Shown: in pieces, positions 54,917 through 64,000 of the stretch
Layout of the letters: every line of letters starts with the position of its first letter
How positions within the stretch are numbered: the first letter of the stretch is position 1
From: Eledone cirrhosa
Lineage: Eukaryota
DNA length: 64,000 nucleotides
Reading direction: 5' to 3'
Assembly (NCBI GenBank): GCA_964016885.1
Contig: OZ024741.1
Span: 186,186,001-186,250,000, forward strand
Translations under genes and position numbers: made by a program
The notes under the pieces: model-generated
The model's database searches: none
Seen by the model: only the letters and a program-made list of their open reading frames with translations
Told to the model about the DNA's origin: nothing

Positions 54917-55301
54917 ATTAATAAGAGGAATTCCAACTTTGTCTGATTTACTCGTTTTATTTACAATCCTTTAAAATTTATAATGGTATTATAATGAAAT
55001 AGTATGATAGAATATTAAATGTTAAGTGTTAATTGAACAAGTACTTTCATGCTTTCGCAATCTTCAGGTTCATAATGTGTGGTGACAGTCAAGTTTGCAA
55101 TTTTCAACAGTTGAAATTTGCCAACTTGACTGTCACCACACATTATGAACCTGAAGATTGCGAAAGCATGAAAGTACTTGTTCAATTAACACTTAACATT
55201 TAATATTCTATCATACTATTTCATTATAATACCATTATAAATTTTAAAGGATTGTAAATAAAACGAGTAAATCAGACAAAGTTGGAATTCCTGTTATTAA
55301 T
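54917..55301. mobile_element. Near-perfect ~385 bp palindrome (centre ~55109) carrying a hammerhead in each arm
   Basis: Arms reverse-complementary with only a few mismatches. Confidence 0.9.
55146..55184 (+). ncRNA. Minimal type I hammerhead motif (identical copy 55034-55072 on -)
   Basis: TGAAC-CTGAAGA-T-TGC gaaa GCA-T-GAAA-GTAC-TT|GTTCA. Confidence 0.8.
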
Positions 55302-56404
55302 ATAGATGTATATGTCTACATATCTATCTATCTATCTATCTATCTAACTATCTATCTATCTATCTATCTATATTTATATATATACTAGCAGAAAAAGCTT
55401 TTCTGCTGGCTTGTGTAGTGTGTATATTGATATTATACGCAGGTATATATACATATAGATATGATACATCAAATAAAATCGTTATTGACAATATACACAG
55501 AAATTGAAGAGAGACTGTGTTACACCGTCTTATGTAATCAGTAACGTAATCCATGATACATTTAAAAAAGACGATATTATATATAAACTGCATTAGGAGA
55601 AAATTAGTGACAGAAAATTAGTATGTTTATTTTAGCGATGGCCAACCGGAAGTGTTGACATTTCAGAAATGTTAAAGAAGTGAATCTTTAAATAAACAAA
55701 ATATATTTAATCAACAGCCACGAAGTTTAGTAGATTAACTATGTAATATTCATTCATTATTTAGAACGATAAAAGGCAAAGTTAATCCCGCCGAGGTTAA
55801 CTTTGCCTTTCATCCTTCCGGGGTCGATAGAATAAAGTACCAATAATGCACTCGTTAATTGCTGGCCTTGTGCCAAAAGTAGAAACAATTATTTATTCAA
55901 AGTAATCCAACTTATTTTACTAATGGGATAACAATTATAAACCGCACGCAGTCCCGCACTCCTTACTTTATTATAGTTTAGATAGAATGAATACACACAC
56001 ACACATACACACACACTCACGCACAGACACTTAGTGACAGGGGCCAATCCAACTGCTATTACCACAACATCACTAAGGAAAAGAGGAAAAGAAAGAAAGA
56101 TATAAACGAAAGTGTGAATTTTTATATATATGTAAATTGTTCTTTAATATTCTACTCTAATTATTATACGCCTTAACTTTATTAGATACTTTTTACCATA
56201 TTTTTTCTAGCATGAAGAAGTCGAAATTGTTATCGACTAAAACCGGCACTAAAATTGCTTTTAAAAAAATCTTTTTCTGTTTTTCTAAGAAAATTCTATT
56301 AGCATGCTCTACTGTTTTCTTATTTTCCTAATAATATATATCAACTTATGTATCACATCAAAACATTCTCGCTCTCTCTCTCTCTCTATATATATATAAA
56401 TATA

Positions 56405-56652
56405 ATTTCAGTGAGATCGAATTTCGGTAGCGGAAATATCCAAGAGTAAGTTCACTGAGTCCATAGGACGAGTTTAGTATACATAAGTACAGCAGTGACA
56501 TAAACAGGTACTCAAGTTTCGTTGGGTTCTGGGTCCCAATTTCTTCAGCCAGTCATGAAAAATTTTTTTTTTATTTTTCTCATGACAGGCTCAAGAAATT
56601 GGGGCCTAGAACCCAACGAAACATGAGTACCTGTTTATGTCACTGTTGTAAT
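56405..56652. mobile_element. Fold-back element with hammerheads in both arms (56504-56553 -, 56585-56634 +)
   Basis: Consensus of the arms ACAGG-CTGAAGA-A-.TTGGG loop CCCAAC-GAAA-C.TGAG-TA|CCTGT; each arm carries different mutations. Confidence 0.75.
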
Positions 56653-56754
56653 TATATATATATATATATATATTCTTTACAACTGGTCTAACCAAACAGA
56701 GGGCCTAATCGCTTTTCGGCTGGCTCAGCGTTTTAATTTTTATCAATTATTATA

Positions 56755-56938
56755 ACGGATTGGCAGTATCGGTAGAGATTCGGACGCCATGCTTTCCAGC
56801 ATAGTTACGTCCCTTTACGGCCTGAGTTCAAATCCTGTCGAGGTTAACTTTGCCTTTCATCCTTACGGGGTCGATAAAATAAAGTACCAGTAATGTACTG
56901 AGTAATTGCTGGCCTTGTGCTTTAAGTAGAAACGATTA
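56755..56938 (+). mobile_element. tRNA-derived SINE
   Basis: Main family sequence. Confidence 0.85.
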
Positions 56939-57039
56939 TAACAAATAGTCACCCAATCAAACATTGAGCCCTACCTTGATCTATATTTGTTTTATATGTA
57001 TATACATGCATGTGCGTGTCGGTGCGCGTGTGCACGTGT

Positions 57040-57077
<38 letters not shown>

Positions 57078-57768
57078 ACACGTGTGTGAGTATGTCTACG
57101 TGAGTGCATGCATGTAATGTATATATGACTATGTGTGGATGCGTCCCATATATATTCACGTTGTATGCACATGTGTTTGTATTCAAGTGTGCACATGTTC
57201 GTAGGAATTTCTGTATATCGTTGAGTGTGGATGTATCTGTGATTGTGTGTGTATGAATTCCCAAATGTGAATACAACAGCCATATTTTACGGCATCATGT
57301 GGTTTGTATCTGATGAATTTGAATTAGAAAGAATAGGAAGAGGGAGAAAGAGAAATATAATGGTTTCTTATAGAAAGAGAAATATAATTGTTTCTACTTA
57401 TGGCACAAGGCCAGCAATTACCCAGTGTATTACTGGTACTTTATTTCATCGACCCCGTAAGGATGAAAGGCAAAGTTAACCTCGGCGAGAAATATAATGA
57501 GGGTGTCTGAGAGACATAGAATGTTGTTGCATGGAGGCATGTGTGCATGTGGATGTGAATGCATGATTGTAACTGTGTATGCGAGCATGTATATTCAGTG
57601 TAAACGAACATGTGTGTTGTGTGTGTGTGTGTGTGTATGTATGTGTGTGTGTATGTGTGTGTTTTGTCAGGCTGGGCGTGTGTATTTATGTGCAGTGTGG
57701 ATTTCAAAATATTTACTGTATTTGTTACATATCAGCACATAAATATATACACATACGCATACACACAC

Positions 57769-57879
<111 letters not shown>

Positions 57880-58034
57880 TATTTACACACTCATACATAC
57901 ATTCAAATACATAACATTGACAAAAAGGAGGGACAGTGGCCATGACCCATTTTCAGAGATTTAGCGTATGTGTGTGAATGTTTATATATGTATATGTTTG
58001 AGGATGGGGGTGGGTGTTTGTGTATGCGTTTGTG

Positions 58035-58128
<94 letters not shown>

Positions 58129-58329
58129 TTTGTGTTTATGTTTGTGTGTATGTGTGCAGAACAATTTATTTGGTAGAATGTGCGTATATTTGGTAACATG
58201 TTTCAACGTAGTACGTGTCGGTGCGAATGTGTTTTTATTGTGTTTTCGCACCAAGCCAGCCCTGACTGAAAAGAACCCTGATGAAATGTCTTCCTGTTGT
58301 GACAAGCTTGTCGTTTTTTGTTAAAAAAA

Positions 58330-58390
<61 letters not shown>

Positions 58391-58927
58391 TTTATGTATA
58401 TATAGTTACCTGATCCGATGTCTTTATTATTATCACCTCGCTGCTATTTATAGCAAATTGAATGATAAATAAGAGCTTCCCTTCGGAGAATGTTGACACA
58501 AGTCAATATTATCAAGCAGGGATACAATGCTTTCTTATTTAAGCACAAGGCCAGCAATATGGTGGGAAGGGGTAATTCGATTAAATCGACTACACTTGGT
58601 TACTGGTACTTTGTTTTATCGACTCCGTAAGGATGAAAAGCAAAGCTAACCATGTTGGGATTTGAACTCAGGGCGTAAAGGGCCTTAACTCCATGTCACT
58701 AAACTAACCATTTTTTCCAACGCTCTACCAATTTAAGAAGAGATATAATCAAAGAGAACCTTGAAAATATTGTCATTTTCTTTACGATTATGGATCCAAA
58801 GTAAACATTATGCTTTTTAAAGTAAAAATGCTGGGGTTTAATTGAGTATCAGTCACTGTTTATAAAGAGCCATGTGACTATCTAAATATCCTTCGAGTAT
58901 GTACTTGTTATTTATATATGCATATAA

Positions 58928-59316
58928 ATAATTGTTTCTACTTTAGGCACAAGGCCAGCAATTACCAGTGCATTACTGGTACTTTATTTTATCGACCCCG
59001 TAAGGATGAAAGGCAAAATCAACCTCGGCGGGATTTGAACTCAGATCGTAAACGGATGTAACTATGCTGGAAAGCATGGCGTCCGACCCTCTACCGATAC
59101 TGCCAATCCACCGCCCCCATATGCATATAAATAATTGTTTCTACTTTAGGCACAAGGCCAGCAAATACCCAGTTCATTACTGGTACTTTATTTTATCGAC
59201 CCCGTAAGGATGAAAGGCAAAGTCAACTTCGGCGGGATTTGAACTCAGACTGTAAAGGGACGTAACTATGCTGGAAAGCATGGCGTCCGACCCTCTACCG
59301 ATACTGCCAATCCACC
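58928..59316 (-). mobile_element. Two tandem SINE copies with target-site duplication
   Basis: 58928-59115 and 59131-59316; atatgcatataaataatt repeated at ~58916 and ~59119. Confidence 0.9.
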
Positions 59317-59621
59317 ATATAAATAATGTTGTTATTTAACCCTGCCCACAGTCCGTCATATGATCAAAGACATTTCAGAAGTGACAATCTCATCTTTTAT
59401 CCAAACACAGTCCATCTTCGACACAATTTAACCAGGTTATTTTTATTTGAGTAGGTTATGGCTGTTATTTATGGTAAGATTAATGTCAATATACATGCTG
59501 CTTCATGGGCTGGTTCCCGTAACGCCCTGCTGTGATGCAACTGCACATGTAAATCTCTGTGTTTATTTATGTGTCATAATTGTGTTGATGTTTGTATATA
59601 TATATATATATATATATAAAT

Positions 59622-59657
<36 letters not shown>

Positions 59658-59660
59658 CTT

Positions 59661-59716
<56 letters not shown>

Positions 59717-59718
59717 TG

Positions 59719-59788
<70 letters not shown>

Positions 59789-62152
59789 TGTGTGTTTGTT
59801 TATTTTTTTATTTGTGTAAGTGCGTATCTGTGTATTATTGCTCGTGGGTGATTGCAAACATGTTATCTTAACTTTGTATATATAAAATTTCATTCTACAT
59901 ACTTGCTACATAATTTGCGTGTGCTGGGCCGTATTTTAATATCTGACACTCGTTCACGAGAAAAGAATTGAGAATATTTGTATTAGATACACACACATCG
60001 ACACAGACACATACACAGTCTCATATACACAACGACACAACGACACACAACCACACACAACCACACACACACACACACACATACACACACACACACACAC
60101 ACACCCACACACACAGTTATATATATATATATAGATGTGTGTGTGTGTGTGTGTATGTGTGTGTGTGTATGTGTTTGTGTGTGTGTGCCTGTGTGTGTCT
60201 GTGTGTGTGTATCTTAATTATAGCCGTTCAATACGATCGTTTCAATTTGTCAAAATATGTCAGTTAAAGTGCTTCTGCAAAATCAGTAAGACGTTTGGTA
60301 CAACATAGTGTCATACCCTAATACAATGAAATAGAATATAATTCAAATTTTCTTTTCCAATGTGCACTGCCTACATTGGAATACGTAGGAAAGAACAATT
60401 CTTTATCTCACGCGTTGTTGTACACGTCGCCATTCTAGTTTCAATTTCTACATATGATAATTTTAAAAATGTAATGAAGTTGATACCAACAAACATTAAA
60501 AGAACATCAGTATCAACGTAATCCATGAGTAAATGTGATATTTATACATAAAGCATTTAAGAGCAGAAACAATCAAAAACAATATATGTAATGGCATAAA
60601 AAATATATATGTCGAGTAAATCTATGCGCCTACTTACAGAAGAAGAATGGTAAATGATAGAGTGGCAGAAGTAAATGAATATTGCATCACTACAGAAACG
60701 AATGTGTTGGTGGTGGGCTAATCTGCTTATTTGCTGAATATATAGTTTAAGACAGATTGTGTGACTAAGGGTGCTGATTGCAGGTGATGGAGAAAAGAAT
60801 GAGAGTCAACGAGAGTTGAGATTCTATAGGCATCTGTAACTATTCTTCATTATCGACATATAATAGCGAGCGTATGTGCTGTGTGATATTGATATAAGGT
60901 ATGCCAGTGCGGTAATTAACATAATGACAAAATGGGTTGTATATGATATTGAGATAAGAATTAAATTAAATAAAGATGAGACAATACATATTTTAATTTG
61001 TAATGACAGCATCAGGATTTGTAATTGGGTATGAAATCGGATGTGAAGAGCATGTCTGGACGTTTATTGACTTTCTCCTCCCCTCAAATTGTTGGCCTTG
61101 TGCCTAAATCAGAAACCATTATTGTATCGGGTGTTTGAGAAAAGCTGGTTGATTCGTGATGCATCAAGAAGCGGCTGTATCTTGGCGAGTAACTAGCAGT
61201 TGTTCAACAATGAGCCAGGAAGCGTGTGGTACGGAGATGTAAAATGACGGGAATATGTATGTTGCAGTCGCTGGTATAACTGATCTGACAAAGGTTTAAG
61301 TAATATGCTTCTATTTCCGTAAACGTCGATTAAATGCTATTGCAAAGAAAAACTAAACATTGTCCAGTTTTGCGTATATAAAATAACGCACAAATTCAGC
61401 ATCTGATACAGTTTATAACGTTTCTTCTAGGACATCTTCCTGAACAACATCTACTCTCACCGGCCATCATCGGGGATAAGGTATGTCATATACTTCAGTA
61501 TTGATGAATCGTGTAATCTATGGACCTATATCCATAAGGTTTAATGTAATATAAGCATGTGGAATGTGATTATCTACATATCGATCGAATCGATCCCCAG
61601 GATCCTGTATCTTATTCGCTAACCGTGTGGGGTGGAGCTCGACCAAGGGAATGATATTTACGTTCGTCGTTCCATTGTTGATACTATCTACCGATCAGGA
61701 ATCAAATTCGTAATCTCATGATTGCAAATTTAGTTTTTTAGGAAGCAATCATCAAGGAGAAAATGCATTTATCCCTAAGATTCCACCCCCCCCTTCCTCT
61801 ACCGAGCTGCCATTCAAATTCTCAAGACTTCAGTACCCCGCTAGAGCCAGTTTTGCTATGACCATAAATAAACCTCAGAGTCAGTGTCTCGAATTTTTAG
61901 GATTGTTTTTTACCCATGGACAGTTATATGTAGGTTGTTCATCAGCGGGAACACCTAGATATCTTCATGTAATATACACGAATGGAAAAACGAAGAATTT
62001 GGTATTTCTGGAAGCTTTTTTTACTTATATTTTTGTCACACCATGGTCTCGCCTCATACTGTAAACCAGACAACACATCCACTAGAGTTGTTTTCTCTTC
62101 AACCATCTTTTCTTATCATGTTTACCCAGGCGAGGCTGGGTACGCCAGCAAG

Positions 62153-62201
<49 letters not shown>

Positions 62202-62206
<5 letters not shown>

Positions 62207-63229
62207 TATGAAGAGAGAAGAAACATTTAGATATAATTAGTAATAAAATGTATCATAGCTAAACTGCTCCTAGATTCCTCGACTACGTAGTTTCGTGGCA
62301 TAAACAAAAACAATACATCATAAAGATATAGAGTTCTTGCGAGGTTTGCCGACTTATCAAGAGGATACCTCATTTTACTAGTCGCAAGAACGCGTCTACA
62401 CGACGTGAGAAAGAATCCCAAAAGGCGGAGGGGGAGATAGTCACGCGATATAACGGTCGAGAAACAGAGCTAAGCCTCTTATAACCCCGAAGAAAATACC
62501 ACGGAGGCGGAGGGGGTATTTATATCGAAGCCGTATTTACATCGGTGAAGTTGGCACCCTTAACTCACGGTTGGGTGCGGATGCATTCATGTATATGTGT
62601 GTGTCCGCATGTATCTGTGTGTTTCTAAATATATTGTTAATAACTCCCTCTGGTCGAGCAACCTTTGAAGTGTGGGGACTGCTGAAAAGCTTCCATTACT
62701 CATACTTCTCGCCTCCTTCACCACCTCTTCTACGGCTTCGATATAAATACCCCCTCCGCCTCCGTGGTATTTTCTTCGGGGTTATAAGAGGCTTAGCTCT
62801 GTTTCTCGACCGTTATATCGCGTGACTATCTCCCCCTCCGCCTTTTGGGATTCTTTCTCACGTCGTGTAGACGCGTTCTTGAGACTAGTAAAATGAGGTA
62901 TCCTCTTGATAAGTCGGCAGACCTCGCAAGGACTCTATATCTTTATGATGTATTGTTTTTGTTTATGCCACGAAACTACGTAGTCGAGGAATCTAGGAGC
63001 AGTTTAGGTATGATACATTTTATTACTAATTATATCTAAATGTTTCTTCTCTCTTCATAATGTATTTTTAACTCTGATACTGGTTCAGTCTAGTTCAACC
63101 GGATTGGTCTGTCCCAGTCATTCATTGAGCAACATCGGTGAAGTTGGCACCCTTAACTCACGGTTGGGTGCGGATGCATTCATGTATATGTGTGTGTCCG
63201 CATGTATCTGTGTGTTTCTAAATATATTG

Positions 63230-63230
<1 letters not shown>
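62202..63230 (+). mobile_element. Family G second copy: 593 nt unit with ~100 nt terminal redundancy and ~330 bp inverted arm
   Basis: acatcggtgaag.. at 62539 and 63132; arm 62202-62535 is the reverse complement of ~62731-63064; same outer end points as the 43917 copy. Confidence 0.88.
62901..62990 (+). ncRNA. Type I hammerhead motif with U3-A8 core (mirror copy 62276-62365 on -)
   Basis: TCCTC-TTGATAA-GT(C)GGCA...TGCCAC-GAAA-CTACGTAG-TC|GAGGA. Confidence 0.72.
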
Positions 63231-63313
<83 letters not shown>

Positions 63314-63314
63314 G

Positions 63315-63515
63315 TTGATTCCCGAGTTGTGTAGGGGGTAACCACAGTTATAAAAGTTATAAAAAGTGCTCAATACACTTGTAGAGTATAGACATCTTTA
63401 TTGTATATACAAATGGTTTCTAAAGGACTAGAACTGTTTCGTACGTATGAAATCATAAGGAATGTCCTGGTGATGCGATTGAAAGAGTTCTAGTCCCATA
63501 GAAGTCATTTCTCTC

Positions 63516-63593
<78 letters not shown>

Positions 63594-63776
63594 ATATAGA
63601 AATGGCTTCTACAGGACTACAACTATTTCATTCGGGAGAAATCATCCTGATGGTTTCTCCCGAATGAAACAGTTCTAGTCCTGTAGAAGCCATTTCTATA
63701 TTAAATATTTATACTCTGCTATGTATTGATTACCTTACTTACTGTGGTTACACCCGATTGAACCCGGGATAACCTT
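63315..63776. mobile_element. Two family B fold-back elements separated by (TA)n
   Basis: 63315-63510 (diverged) and 63590-63776 share ttctacaggactagaactgtttc / gaaacagttctagtcctgtagaa arms and the ggtaaccacag tail. Confidence 0.78.
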
Positions 63777-64000
63777 ATATATATGTATATATATAAGTGT
63801 TATCACTTCCCCCACCTCATTTATAGCAATGTCTTACATTTTTTCACACTATATCTTATTTTCTTCGTCTTGCTGTTTTACTTCCTTTCTTCTTTTGTTT
63901 CATTTATTATTCTCGTTCTATAATGCGCCTCACTTCATCTCCTAGACTTAATAATTAATAAATATTTCGTTTGTTAACATTTTGAATTTTCCCGCCAAAA

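Overview
AT-rich, microsatellite-saturated eukaryotic DNA with no recognisable intact host protein-coding gene; the repeat content (dense (TA)n/(CATA)n/(CA)n tracts, one abundant ~190 bp tRNA-derived SINE, Tx1/L1, RTE, R4/Dong-type LINEs, Penelope-like elements) looks like an octopus/cephalopod intergenic or large-intron region (inference). Nearly all ORFs in the track are microsatellite artefacts. Supported features: one tRNA-Lys(CTT), about 30 SINE copies, decayed LINE fragments, two Penelope-like (GIY-YIG) elements including a Naiad-type RT-EN copy with an inverted 5' piece, non-autonomous Helitrons and Tc1/pogo MITEs. The most striking signal, found by eye, is a dense set of minimal type I hammerhead ribozyme (HHR) motifs: about a dozen unrelated families, nearly all embedded in (TA)n as fold-back (inverted-arm plus tail) insertions. 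Two families carry a compensatory U3-A8 catalytic core instead of C3-G8, and two are non-coding 430-593 nt units with terminal redundancy, as expected for retrozyme-like circular RNAs mobilised by Penelope-like elements. All folds and alignments were read manually and need computational and experimental confirmation.
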